This document shows, in pieces, positions 23,403 through 48,079 of a stretch of DNA of 64,000 bases. Under the pieces are notes generated by a model. The model was not told the origin of the DNA. It saw nothing but the letters and a program-made list of their open reading frames with translations, and did not search any database. The first letter of the stretch is position 1. The number at the start of each line of letters is the position of its first letter. This DNA is from Hormiphora californensis (Eukaryota > Animalia > Ctenophora), in NCBI GenBank assembly GCA_020137815.1, contig CM035355.1, positions 5,208,001 to 5,272,000 on the forward strand. The letters are read 5' to 3'. Both the position numbers and the translations under genes were made by a program.

Positions 23403-26148
23403 TTATTTAACAATGACATTCCCACACTCCTCATTCACAGCATCAACTGCTATTTGGGAGAGACTATTCCTCCACTCACTCACACTCACATACAGTCCAC
23501 TCTTGGCTTCTTTGTCCAGCCCCAGATCTGGTGTGGTTGTGGTATCGAATAGGGTGTGGTATAGGTTGGAGAGGGTGGCCAGGGGGCTAGCAGCTAGCTT
23601 TTCATAGTCGATAATCTGGGAGGGGAGAGAGAGTTTAGAGGTATTCATATATTGAGGTTCATTATTCATTAAATCCAGCTTGAAAATAATCCGTACAGAA
23701 ACTATAAAATTGGTAACAGTTGTGCTCTGCGTCATATTGGCCGCCCACAACGCGGTCCACGACGCCAAAGACGCACGAAAATAGAAAACATTGTTAGCGG
23801 ACTGCGTCTTTGACGTCGTGGGCGGCCAACATGACGGAGGACATAGAGCCCTATGTGGGCGGCCAATATGATGGAGCACCATGCTGTGACACAGGATTTA
23901 AATCTTAGTTGTTAAAATTGATCCGTACAGAAACACTGGTGACAGTGGTTACACAGCTAGTTGAGCAATACTAAATCCTAGTGTATCATTTGGTACCATT
24001 GCTACGTAGCAATAGGTACCTATTGGTTACGAAGTCACACATTTTATTGCATACAGGTGGCCATGTCACCAAGTGCAGTATAACCCACCTGGAAGGCATT
24101 GTGAGATGAAGAAAGATGAGTTCTGAAACTCTCAATCCTGGCACACAACTGAGTTGAGAACACTTGAACCTCTTCCTCTGTGACTAGGCTGTCAGTTAGG
24201 AGTTGAGATACAATGGCACGGGGGTCACGTGATACATATACCACATCTACACCTAACGAGTCCACCAGTTCCCTATTTAGTGGGAGGGAGAAGGGTGTTA
24301 GTTGGGGGAGAAGGTGTTGTTAACAGTGCAGCGGTTACACTAACACTCCCAGTCTACGCGGGGAGGTATAGTCCCCACTAATGACACTACAATATAGTAC
24401 AAACAAAACGCGGGAAACCCCACTAAACTTACAGGGGCCAGTTTTCAGTTATCCCTTCAAAGACTGCCACGTGTTTCGTCATGCATTCTTTTTCCAAGTT
24501 CTCAGCAGTCAACTTTTCACATATCCCATCATCCTGACACAGCTGTGGGGGGAGAGAGTTAGATCATAACTAGTTTGATACAATTGCCTCTAAATAGGAC
24601 TGCTTATCGACTTTATATGTCAATCCAGAGCACAAGGTTCCTAGAAGTCCAGCACACCCCGTTATCCCAAGTCTACGGTATGTTCTTCTGTCTCACGTCT
24701 TTACTATTGAATGCTAGTAGCAGTGCACAGCTGCACCCGTACCTTGGAGAGAGTTGGAGATGTTGCTATCAGGTTGGGGTGTGTGCGGTAGAACTCAACC
24801 AGATCCTTTGGCATTGTACAGTGGGTGAGTTTATTAAAATCCTGGGATGTTTTAACAATCCCACTGAGACCAGGGAGGTAGAATATTCCAGTATCTTTCG
24901 AGAAGAATCCTCCCAGTACATCACCACCACCCTCTGGAAATGAGGTGTAAATTAGGACACACAGCTCTTTTTAACCATTACATACAAGCCGTGTCTGGCG
25001 ACAAACCAAGCCATGAAAATAACTTTAGTGAAAACCCCTCAAAACTAATAGCAGCCCCCTCCCCTTTATACTTTACTTGTCAACCCCCGACCCCATTTAA
25101 ACTTACTTTTCTCGGACACTACAACCACATGAACACGTTTGCTGAGGTCCAGATCTCCAGCTATCACTTGTTCGTGTAACATCCTCTCCAGGGCCACATT
25201 CATTGGATCACCCTCTAGCTGGTTTATCTGAGGGGGGATAGATGGAGATAGGGACATGGAGGTCAGGGAGATATGGAAATCAAAATAGCCTTTATCAGCC
25301 TGGTTTATATCATGAACATCGACCCCATTAAGAATGATATGCTGGTAAACCGTTTACTAAACGAGAAAAGAAACTGTTCGTATCAGGAACCCATGATTTA
25401 CCTCTTCTTTGTCCATATCCAAAACATCCACAGAATTCCGTCTTACATCTGGTAGTGCCCTCTTTATCTCTACATCTTTGTTCAATGGGGCGTCCCTAAC
25501 AGCTGCAGCCTTATCAGCCTCACCCTTACCCCCGTTAACTGACCACTTTGCTTGTTTCAATAGGTATCTGGGAGATGGAATGTGGCTATCAAAATGTTTC
25601 TAAAATTAGATCAAAAGAAAATTCAAAACAGCCCTTTGTGAGGTCTTTAGAAGCAGCTTGCTCAACAAGTCTAATAATGAATCTTCCTAGTTCCCTGTGG
25701 TTGCTATAGCTACCTGAATTCTTCTTTTAGGTCTTCATGTTTCCCAAATTGTTCGTTTAGTTTGATCTCCATTAAATGGTTCTCCTTCTTCATTGAGGAT
25801 ATATCTAACTTCATCTGGCGTACCTGACAGAAAGGAAGGAGAGGTGTGGGTATACTGTGCAGTTTGCTATTGAAAATGAAGATGAGGAAATCGGGGTGAA
25901 ACATCAAAATACAACGAATTTTAACTGAACGGCTGTGACTACTATCATGAGCACTGAAAAAAAGGAAAACAGTTCAAGTTACAAAATTTAATAATAAAAT
26001 GCACCAACAAAGTTCAAGTTACCTGGTCATCTATGGTGTTCTGATAGACCTCCGCCTGCCACACAAACAATGAACTGATGGCAGAGATAAAGGCTGCTAA
26101 TAACAAACTATAGCAACAGTTCTTTATACAATTCACGAGACGAGGCAT
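23403..26148 (-). CDS. Carbohydrate sulfotransferase (CHST1/3/4/5/6 family)-like type II membrane protein, divergent
   Basis: Multi-exon gene from ATG 26148 with a signal anchor and coiled stem, then HVVVVSEKKGGGDVLGGFF...IFYL, VVYVSRDPRAIV and IDYEKLAASPLATL, in the order of CHST motifs. Not all internal exon borders were resolved. Confidence 0.7.
23722..23880. repeat. GC-rich inverted repeat / MITE in the last intron of the CHST-like gene
   Basis: CATATTGGCCGCCCACA...TGTGGGCGGCCAATATG with an inner AAAGACGCA/TGCGTCTTT pair. Confidence 0.6.
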
Positions 26149-26883
26149 GATGATGTAGAGTGTGCTCAATATATGTAGTGTAGATGGTCACCCCCTCTCT
26201 ATCGCTGTTTGCTGGCCGCGTGTGCATCCCCCTACATCATGGAATCACTGCTCCCTCTTGTGCCATGTGAGAGGGTAAATGGTGGTCTCTGATTGGTTGT
26301 TGAGTGTCACGTGGTGTGGGATACTCGACCCTGATTGGTCAGTGGGGATTGTACATTGTGACGTTAGGACAAACACGTTGTCAAATAGGGTGGAACACCA
26401 ACATAACGTGATACATAAATTGGTACATGTTTCAGCAAATGAGCTTCATCCCATGAAGTTCATGGGATTGCGAACTGTTTGGTGCATTGAACTTGGAGTC
26501 TTGGGGGGGGGGGGGGGGTGCGTAGGAGCAGGTAGCTTTCACCGCTGATAACGTTGATATTTTATAATTTACTCGAATTAAAAATTAGAAAAATGTTACA
26601 AATCAAAGACCATATCGAGGTCAAAAACACAACACAAAATACACTGGTCAGGCCCAGCCTACTTGAAAATCTCGACAACAAAAACGTGGAAAACAAACAT
26701 CACTGGTCACAATTATAATGCATATTGTGATTAATCGAGAGAGCACTCCCCCTAAAGCGTCTTTGGCACGGAGCTTGGCCGCTATGCGGTCAATAAAGCG
26801 TCCTATATTGGTCCTATATTGTTCCTAGATAAAGATTACATTGTTCATGTTCCTAGATTGTTCCTAGATTGAGAAAAATGTCC

Positions 26884-29800
26884 CTAGAAGCTCTCCCCAG
26901 AATCGTCGCTATCAAATCCTCCCACCTCCTTCTCCGCTCTGATATCCTTCTCCCTCATGGTGATAACCCCCACCGCCCCGACCATCACCAACCCACCCAT
27001 CAGGATGAGAACAGCTCCAAAACTCAGATAACTCGTTACTTGATACACCACCGTGCAGCCCACATTAAACACCAAACAATACATGGCAAACCCAGCCTGT
27101 GAGGAGCTTTTGTAAACCCGGCCCACCAAGGTGGTCAGGAGGACACCGTTGCAGGAATCCCCGGCACCCAGAAGGAAGGCCAGGGGCAGGACGGTGGCCA
27201 TGGTAGGTGGGAGTCTGGGAACACTTTGGTGAGTTAGAGGGAAGATTACTGCTGATAGGGCGAGTGAGGTGGATGCGAGCAGGAACACAACACCAGCCGA
27301 TATTTTGGGTCCAAGTTTTCCAAGCATTCTCCCGGAGATGAGAGATCCCACGATCTCCCCAACACCCACAACCATTCCAAAGACTGCAATGGCTCGTTTG
27401 TTGGTGAGCAGTAGACCCAGAAACATTGGGAACAATGGTTGAGAACATACAGGGGTAGATAATACAGGATAACATCGAGAACGCCATGTTAACTGTGCTC
27501 CATTTTGCGAGCTGTCTAGCTGAACCAAAGATAGAGGTGCATTTGCTGTTTGAGGTAGTGGAGTTGGCTGTTGTCATGGTAACTCAAATGGTTGTTGTCA
27601 TGGTAACTGACACTGGTTTTGTCCATGTACTCTTCTTCAGACAGTGGCTGCATGATGGCCGAGTTGTAACGCTGTTTCTGTGGCGTTGGCGACTTATCAG
27701 TGATGAAAGCTGGCTCATCAGATTCATTGTTATCTGGTTTTTGGTCCGAGAGGAGAGGGATATTGTTCATCCAACACCACGGAGGGGATATCCAAAGTGG
27801 GATTAGAGATACCGAGACAGTAAAGTAGGGTACCTAGGACACCCATTGCTGTACAAGCTACTGCATATCCTTAGCCTGAGAAGTGAGAGAGAGATGGGGG
27901 ATTACAATTCGAGTCAGTTAGAAAAAGCAATAGTTCATTGCGAAGTCGAAGGAGGAATAATACATACTTTTACCAAACTAATACTTCGTTTGGATACCCT
28001 AACCGGAACCCCTTGTTACCCCCCCCCCCCCAGAAACCCCCTAGTAACCCCCTGGTTACCTCAGATTATGGCTAATGATATCAGTTACCCCCTAGTTACC
28101 TCAGATTATGGCTAATAATATCAGTTGTACCAGTTGCCAAGAACAACACAACGTTCCCCACTAGAATGCACGCCATAAATATGGACCAGTGGATGCCGTT
28201 ATAGGAAGCTAACTTGTCACTTGGGCTCGTGTCCGTCAGGAACTTGAGAGACGCAGCCCGGAGAAGTGCACAACCAATCCCATTTATTGCCTGGAGAATT
28301 ATTTTATTTTGGGAACTGCCAGACAATCGTGGGTCTCTTTTCTCAAACTGCGCATATAGAAGCGATATAGAAGACAGGAGTGTCACATATGGTGTACCCG
28401 TTTTCACATGTAATATACCTACCATGCAGGGTAGAAAGATGATGGGGGTAGGGTAAAGGAGAGAAGGTGGAAATGCTGTAACAGATGCGGCTCCCATTAT
28501 TAAACAACATCTCACTCCCAGTCTGTCAATCTGAAAAAGATATGGGGGTTTTGGTGACATAGACTGACCTGGCGCGACCGAGATTGAGCTCACACACGTG
28601 GGGTCGCGCCAGGTGTCTATGTCACCAAATGGGGGTTATCATCAATTACATCACAAAAGGAATTAATAATTCAAGGAAAAAGAAACTAGGTTGGTGAAAA
28701 AACACAACCACAACCCTCTCACACCGGGCCTGTATACCATGATACCCCATTTGATTCTCAGATGGGGCCGCGGCGCCCGACATCACCAGCACCAGACTTA
28801 CAGCTTGAGTGACGAAAAGACACGCAATAACGGTGGTGAAGCAGGTCACTGTCATTCCCAAGAAGAGGAGATGTTCATTAATCCCATGTTGTCCTTCCAA
28901 TGATTTTAGTACAATCGGCTGAGGGGAGGGGTAGGGTGAGGGGTTAGGGTGAGGGGTAGGTGAGGGGTAGGGAAGGATTAAAAAGGGCCGGCTGAGGGGA
29001 GGATTAGGATTAAAAAGGGTGATGAGAGGGGGATTTGAGAGAATCAGGTCAGGACTCAGGAGAGGGGCGAGAAGTTGAGAGTTCCCTAAACTAAGAAACC
29101 AGGCCGAATGAATATTTGTGAATTCTGACAGGTTAATTTTGTATAGCTGTGAACTATAACAGGAAGAGACAAATTAAAACATAAAATTGTCAACAAGTAC
29201 TATACATTGCCCATTGGGTGATGAGGACGGACGAACAAACAAATTTTCCAATGATTCAGAATAGAAAATGACAATGCTCATTACCCCTCCCCTCTCCTCA
29301 CTATTTTCTCACAAAAGAGAAGGTCCAATGTAATTCCTATGCTTTGAATCAACACGCAGCTTTCTCTCTCTCCTCACATTTTCTACATTATTCAAGAGGT
29401 CCCTGTTACATGCCATATATGCGCTATAATTGTACATCATACTAGCTGTACTTTGTTCATGGTGTGAGTGTGTATTTGGCTCTTGAAAAGCAAGAGCCAA
29501 GAGCAGTGAGTAGAGCTCTTGTAATTTGTATGCATCGTTACATATTATACTTGATATATACATCACTTCGTTTTGCGATGTAGTTGTACTTTTCTCAGTG
29601 TGAATTATATTGAGATCATTTATATTTGGCTCTTTATTGCAGGTTGCTGATCACTTATGTACAAAATATATCTACTTGTTACTTCTCCTAATCTATAATA
29701 GCTTATTGCACCCCCACTCAACAAATACTAGCCACAATGCCAAGTGTTTGGTTGCTTTTGGTTATGATGACGATATCCCTGGTAAGCGCCTGGGAGAAAG

Positions 29801-30365
29801 GAGATCCGAGCTATTTCTGTGCAAACGGAATACCACAACTGACCTGTTCAACGAGTCTAATCTTGATGTGTTTTGTTACTACCGTGATGATACAGCTGTT
29901 TCATTGACAGTTTCAACTTTATGTAGCACAGTAGCACATAGCTGTATACATGATACAATGATTGTATTAGTATGCATACATTACATACTCAGCGAGTATT
30001 ACTCACTCAATATGATGTACTCACTCACAGTGAACAATTAATAGCTAACTGCATTATGAGTAAGTTATGTTTTGAATATATATGCGCTGATGATAAAAGA
30101 TTATGATGTGATGAGATGATTCTAAAATTATTCTTCCAAAACTACAAACGAATTCGTTGATCCCCGCCGTGGTCGCAACAACCATCCTAACTCACCTTGT
30201 TACCCCTAGTTACCCCTAGTTACCAACTCACCTTGTTACCCCTAGTTACTCAACAAAACTTACCGCTATAGCGCATGATCCAAAGTGGCTGGAGTAGATG
30301 AGCATAACAGCAACAGCATTGACTATGACATTATACAGAGGGCTGGCGAGTACACTACCACCCAT
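26884..30365 (-). CDS. MFSD11: MFSD11/UNC93-like MFS membrane protein (frameshifted as assembled)
   Basis: Exons 30365-30264, 28918-28802, 28530-28423, 28290-28100 and 27875-26884. LYNVIV, GIHWSIFMACILVGN, VGVGEIVG and FLLGAGDS match MFSD11-like helices. About four +1 frameshifts are needed in 27420-27875. Confidence 0.7.
28551..28628. mobile_element. 78-bp Mutator-like mini-MITE
   Basis: TIR TTGGTGACATAGAC..ACCTGGCGCGACC with a perfect 9-bp TSD ATGGGGGTT. Confidence 0.8.
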
Positions 30366-31789
30366 TTCAGCTAGAGAACCACGTGTTTAGTTACTCAATA
30401 AGGAACCTCGTGTTGTTAATATCGAGGGTCGAACAAACCGAGTGTTCCCCACCACCCAAAGATGAGTTTCTGTATAAAACATTGAGGGAGGGGGGGGTTG
30501 TTGAGTTAAATTTCACCGGATTTAATAAACATTGAAGTTGATAATAAGGAGTTAACAATGAGAAGCTAAGAAGGATAACGAGGAAACTAAATCAGAACAA
30601 CTGCACTGTGAACAAGTGATCTATAACTGTTTAGCAGGGGAGAGATAAGGAAAGTGAAATCAGAAATATGAACAAGGAACATGATTGAATGTATGTGATA
30701 TGTTGGGAGGGGATATGAGGGTGAACCAGTTTGAAACGGGTTGTGCTACATATTACTATTCATCAAATTTGCCCGCCATATTGAATTTGAAATGAAATTT
30801 AAATGAGAGGGTCGGAAACTTGGCTAAACGCCAAAAAGAAATAAGAATGAAAATGTGACCTGGCAACGGGATAAATTCAGACAAGATAACAACAAGGAGA
30901 GAGAGAGAGGGAGGGAATCCTCCCGGAAAAGGTTGGTATACGCAAACAAGGGGGCAGTGCAACTGAGCTGCATGCAGGGCAACATATGTTAGACATATAA
31001 CATATCCTAAAACCTGCAGAAAAAGGATGGAAAGATCGACATGTTGAACAACATCTCTAAAATCTCTAAAATCTCTCTCTCTCTCTCTCTCACAAGCAAT
31101 TTCAGCGTTGACTGTTGCATATTAGTCGCTCTTGCTACATATCAGACGAGAAGCTCCAGCTGCACGTTCGAAAGCTAGACCGGAAATGCGTGACTTTATC
31201 TTAAAAAGGACTCATATGTTATACACTTCCCCTACCCGAAAGACATTGACATACGCATATAATGCAAGTAAGGTTTAAATCACACAGGAACGATAACACA
31301 TTAACACAAGCGTCAAGAGACCATTAATTTAATAGTCGAGTGACAGTTGATAAGCTACTTCTTTTTGATAAGCGGGGAAGCAGCTCACAGCCCACTACAA
31401 TATGTAGATTGTTGCATTCAATAGAATGCTTCTAGAATTTGTTATCAGTGACCAGCCAGACCAAGTATCAATTGAATGGTTGAAATGCAGATCACATATG
31501 TCAGGACATCAGTGCAGCATTGAATTCATGTTCAACATCACGAGCTAACCGCCAACATGATGACGAACAAACTATGAAATATTGACATGGCTCAGTCCTT
31601 TCTCCTATGATAGCTCATTAATAGGCAGATATCCGTTCTTTCAAACTCGCAAACTCCCCCAAAGCCCTAAAGTAATCAGTAGAAAGTTGGTCTGAATTCT
31701 GAAACTGCTGCAGGATGTGCCAGAAGGCAGAAAACTAGTGAACCGATGTGTGACGGGAAATTATCTGTCACGTTTGGCATACGCTGCAG

Positions 31790-33236
31790 GGCAATTTCTG
31801 ATTTGCCGCATACGGCGTCTAGACGGCGTCGCAACGCCGTCTAGACGGCGTCTAGACGGTATACCGTCTGGACGGGTTTCGGTGAAATCAGCTAAAAACG
31901 GTACCGAAATTGCTTGAGACGGGTTATAGACGGTATCAGACGGTCTCTAGACGGGTTATAGACGGTATCAGACGGTGTTGCGACGGTATCAGACGGTCTC
32001 TAGACGGTGTCTAGACGGTACCGTCCCGGCGTCTGGACGGCGTCTGGACGGTGTCTAGACGGTATCCGTCCGAAGTTGAGACGGCACGTCTGAAAATTGT
32101 ACCAGACGTTGAGACGGACTTTTAGAACTCCGTCTGTATTTCAGACGGAGTTTTAAAAGTACGTCTCAACGCAGTCTAAAGGAAAATCGATGAAAGTACC
32201 GTCTAGACAACGTCTCAACTGAAACCGGTCAACATACCGTCTAAACAACGTCTAGACAACGTCTAAACAGAATCTCGCGATTCACCGTCTAGACAACTTC
32301 TCCAGCAATTTCGATACGAATACCGTCTAAACAACGTCTAGACAACGTCTTAAGCGAATCCGATACAGATACCGTCTAAACAACGTCTCATAACCGACAC
32401 TATCTATCACTGATAGTATCAGCCATAGACAGTATCTCACAGTTGTATTACAACGCGATAGCTGGATGTAAGAGTGAATGTGGAGATACCAAAACAGTTT
32501 GGTTGAATGTAAGAAGTTGGGTACGAAAATTACCGGGAGGATAACCCCTTTCCCGTCCCCGAGCATCGCGGTACGACTGTGCTGGTTAAACACATGTGTA
32601 ATTTTCATTCAATAGGCACACATCTACCACTAATTCCAACTGACATGGGTAATCCAGAATGGTCTTCGAAAACGGTCGAGTCTAGACATCATTATTTGAG
32701 ACGTTGTCTAGACGTTGTTTAGACGGTATTCGTATCGAAATTGCTGGAGAAGTTGTCTAGACGGTATTTGAAACTGAATCGCGAGATTCTGTTTAGACGT
32801 TGTCTAGACGTTGTTTAGACGGTATGTTGACCGGTTTCAGTTGAGACGTTGTCTAGACGGTACTTTCATCGATTTTCCTTTAGACTGCGTTGAGACGTAC
32901 TTTTAAAACTCCGTCTGAAATACAGACGGAGTTCTAAAAGTCCGTCTCAACGTTTGGTACAATTTTCAGACGTGCCGTCTCAACTTCGGACGGATACCGT
33001 CTAGACACCGTCCAGACGCCGTCCAGACGCCGGGACGGTACCGTTTAGACACCGTCTAGAGACCGTCTGATACCGTCGCAACACCGTCTGATACCGTCTA
33101 TAACCCGTCTAGAGACCGTCTGATACCGTCTATAACCCGTCTCAAGCAATTTCGGTACCGTTTTTAGCTGATTTCACCGAAACCCGTCCAGACGGTATAC
33201 CGTCTAGACGCCGTATGCGGCAAATCAGAAATTGCC
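31790..33236. mobile_element. Foldback element, Merlin-like
   Basis: Inverted arms of ~550 bp made of CCGTCTAGAC-type sub-repeats; termini GGCAATTTCTGATTTGCCGCATACGGCG; perfect 8-bp TSD CGCTGCAG; no transposase ORF. Confidence 0.8.
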
Positions 33237-33375
33237 CGCTGCAGCCCCCTCATGCGGGGGTGCGCGCATGAGGGGGCTGCAGCGCATTCCAACTGTCACG
33301 TACGCGTATCAATGTCATAAGGATGATCACATGAATGAGAATCTAATTGGAAATTTGTGAAGGGGGACTAGGGAT

Positions 33376-33657
33376 CCCTAAAAAAGTTCAGTATTTACAC
33401 AGAGTTTACACAGTCTTTACACAGTCGTTACACCCAGAGCGGCGCGTGCTGCGTTTTGCGGCTTTTTCTAAGAAAATATTGGATTGTGTACTGCACAATT
33501 GAGTAAATTGAGCGCTGCGGCGAAAAAAGTTTCCGAAAACGCTGCAAATCGAGTGCGAAAGACGCAGTCTTGACACCCAGAGCGGCGCGGGCGCTCTGGG
33601 TGTAACGACTGTGTAAAGACTGTGTAAACGCTGTGTAAATACTGAACTTTTTTAGGG
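33376..33657. mobile_element. MITE with long TIRs (CCC termini, possible 2-bp AT TSD, EnSpm-like)
   Basis: CCCTAAAAAAGTTCAGTATTTACACAG... is inverted at the other end, with TTTACACAG sub-repeats. The exact ends are ambiguous because GGGATCCC is itself palindromic. Confidence 0.7.
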
Positions 33658-34489
33658 ATCCCTCTGAAGCAGATAACAGATTGAAAACAGCAGGCAGCAA
33701 TTCGGAAGTGGGGCGGCAAAATGAAACTTTTATTTCTGTGGCTGGTAGTTGGAGAGAGGGAATATTGCGCGTCACGCGCACTGCTGCTGACAACAATGCG
33801 TTCGTCTACAACACATCTTCCAAAACTAGCGATAGCTTCTCTGTCTTTGAGATGGAAATCTCTCGGCAGTGCGTGGAATGGGTGTCCGTGAACGATGACT
33901 TGGTGGCTACATTAGGTCACATAGTTTGGGGTACAAAAGGAAACGCCCTGTTTTTAATAAACATGTAGAAAGCAGAAACCAAATAAGACTTGAAGTGATA
34001 TACAGTGATCTCGTCATCCATGAAATTAATACTTTTTCAGAAAACTCTTTTTAGGGGGCTGCTATTTAGGGGGTGCTGCCAACAACATCTAACTCTCTAA
34101 ACAGCGGGAAAAATCTATCCTTTTTAGACAAATGCAACATTGAGTTTCACTTTTAACTTCAACTAAACTTTCTAGTGCATTCGAAAAGTGTGAATTAAAA
34201 AAGCTTATTATTCAATACATTAAAACAAACACTCTTTGCATTGAAAACAGAGATATTAGTTCAAAAAAGGGTGCCAATATAATATTAACGTTCATAACTT
34301 TGTGACACTCTCGTCCTATTTAATCACGGAAAATGGTGTCCTCTTTTTATTTCACAATACAGTCTCTCCCTCTATCTCTCTCGTCGTTTCTCGATCCTCC
34401 AAAGAAAAGATGCAATAGCTGTTCGAAATTAAGAGACTCTTATTTTAACACATATATTATAATATCCTAGATATCAGTATCTCCCAGCT

Positions 34490-45837
<11,348 letters not shown>

Positions 45838-46055
45838 AGCGTCGGAGGGCTTGGAACGATCCTTGCTACCTAACAATTGGAGAGGATGAGTGTGGTGAAT
45901 CGTGGGTGGATACCATTCATCTTGCAAGACAAAACTGTTCAACTGTGGTCAATGAAACTGGTCGACGATTAGGAAATAGCATCGATTAACAAAGGGAATG
46001 ACCAAAAACGGCAGTTGCTAGATTTTCAGTTGATTTTGTCAGAGATTTTCTCTCT

Positions 46056-46371
46056 TGCCTCAGAACCACACAGTATCAGCTAGAGAATAATCGTCAAAGT
46101 AGTCAAATAATGAATTATGGAACTTCTGACGCGAGAATTGCATAGAGATCTGCAAAACCAACTGCCTCAGAACCACACAGTATCAGCTAGAGAATAATCG
46201 TCAAAGTAGTCAAATAATGAATTATGGAACTTCTGACGCGAGAATTGCATAGAGATCTGCAAAACCAACTGCCTCAGAACCACACAGTATCAGCTAGAGA
46301 ATAATCGTCAAAGTAGTGAAATAATGAATTATGGAACTTCTGACGCGAGAATTGCATAGAGATCTGCAAAA
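46056..46371. repeat. Tandem repeat, 107 bp x 3
   Basis: The unit TGCCTCAGAACCACACAGTATCAGC... starts at 46056, 46163 and 46270; copies are nearly identical. Confidence 0.92.
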
Positions 46372-46691
46372 AAGTTCAATCGCCTCCAGGAGACAGTAGA
46401 CACGACAGTATGAGAAAACAGAAGACACCACGCAAATACCAGATCCCTACACATGAGACTCTGCTATCTTGTTCGACCATCCGTGTCCTGTAAAGGAGGG
46501 TTAGAATATTTCAGACACTGGACAAGTGTGTGTACTTTTTAATGTTCTCTCATACTGCGGGTCATCTCCTGTGTGTCAATCGGAACCTCCTGGAGGCCAT
46601 TAAGTATTTATTAAAGATCCTAACTTTCCTGTAAACTCATAACCATTTGAAGAGAAGTATATTTATTATCAGAGTTTTTATTTTAACTTAT

Positions 46692-47330
46692 TTTTTCCCT
46701 GCCCGGGTGAATGCCCGAAGGGCATTCACCCGGGATGATGTTTTTAGCACGCACGTGCTAAAAAGATCATTCAGGGTTTAGAAATCAGCAGATTGTGTAG
46801 TTAACTAAATGTCCGTCCGTCCGTCTGTCCACCGTTACGCATAGTAACAAAGTCTGCTCCTTCATAAAACTTTCAACTCACACTTTGATGATGCAACAAA
46901 GGAAATGATCAACATGCATTGTGGCGCACAATTATTCACTCGTATCACTTCCTACTTTCACATCAAATCACTTTGGGTACCCTACAGCCGTACCATGACA
47001 TGGTAGCAAGTCTTCCAATCATGAAACTACTATCACACAATAATTGTAAGTGACTGAAGTTAAGATGAGCGAGGGTAAAGTTAAAGCACTTGGTAACCAA
47101 CCAGGGTCTCCTAAGCAACTGCCTTGGTTATCATAGCAACTGTCTTGGTAACCATAGCAACTGCTTTGATTACCATAGCAACAACCCTGGATACCATAGC
47201 AACCAACATCGTATAAGCCGAGTGCAAAATTCATCAGGAAATCCGGTTTTGAAGCTTAGTTATCAATTTTACACCCATTTGTGGCAGGGAAACACCGCAT
47301 TATGAATACATAATGCAATAATTCTTGTTT
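46692..47330 (+). mobile_element. Helentron/DINE-1-like non-autonomous element
   Basis: T-rich ends; subterminal inverted repeat TTCCCTGCC...GGCAGGGAA; 5' hairpin CCCGGGTGAATGCCCGAAGGGCATTCACCCGGG; (GTCC)n microsatellite; 3' hairpin GCATTATG/CATAATGC before TCTTGTTT. Confidence 0.65.
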
Positions 47331-47743
47331 CTAATTTGAGAGTGACGGGCACTGTGGGTGTTCTCTATTAAGGTGGCCTGAGGCTACGTTGAGGAAGCCC
47401 CCGGGCTGGACGTGACGAGATATTTTACGTATTATTCATATTGTAAGTTTAGTTTGAAATGTTTTTCCGATAAAAAATAGGGCATTGCCCTTCTAGTCCG
47501 ATGTGTTTAATGCGACACGCAATGGACGTGAATGCCAAAAACATTTGGGTAATTCAGTACATAACGAATACATGATAGGACGTTACCGAGTCGGACTTCA
47601 GCTCTTTTTCTAGGACGAGAAACCTTGGAAATGTTCAGGTCGAAATTCGAAAATAGCGTGACCTGCACACGACCAATCACAGCTCAGAAAGAACGAGTAT
47701 GTACTGGAGCTGTCGTTAGCTTTGATTTCAATCGATCGGTCTG

Positions 47744-47782
47744 TGGTCACCATCTTAAACCACTGGTTTAAGATGGTGACCA
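47744..47782. repeat. Perfect short palindrome
   Basis: TGGTCACCATCTTAAACCA C TGGTTTAAGATGGTGACCA. Confidence 0.85.
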
Positions 47783-48079
47783 TTTACTGGCCACGATATG
47801 CTCGACTCGTCACTCGACCTGAATATTTCTGAGTTAGCTCACAGTTATTGATATTATACATCACGCAAATGTTATCAGGGATATCTCCAGTTGCTAACTT
47901 CCAACATCAAGATGGCACAAATTACAACAGCCTCATCCATCACGGCCACGGGAATTTGCATTGCGGTTTTGGGGGTCTTTGCCCGCAGCCCGGGGTCAAA
48001 ATTTATATATTCGCTCACTAAAAATATGATATTTCAGTTTTCCGTTCTCAAAAATGATATTAGGAGGTGATAGTTAAGG

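Noticed and set aside
28920-28975. Telomere-like G-rich run
   Set aside because: It is the complement of a C-rich polypyrimidine tract at an MFSD11 acceptor, with no true (TTAGGG)n array.
46056-46371. Regular repeats as a possible CRISPR array (also 22120-22700 and 62960-63190)
   Set aside because: Units are contiguous with no unique spacers, there are no cas genes, and the context is eukaryotic.
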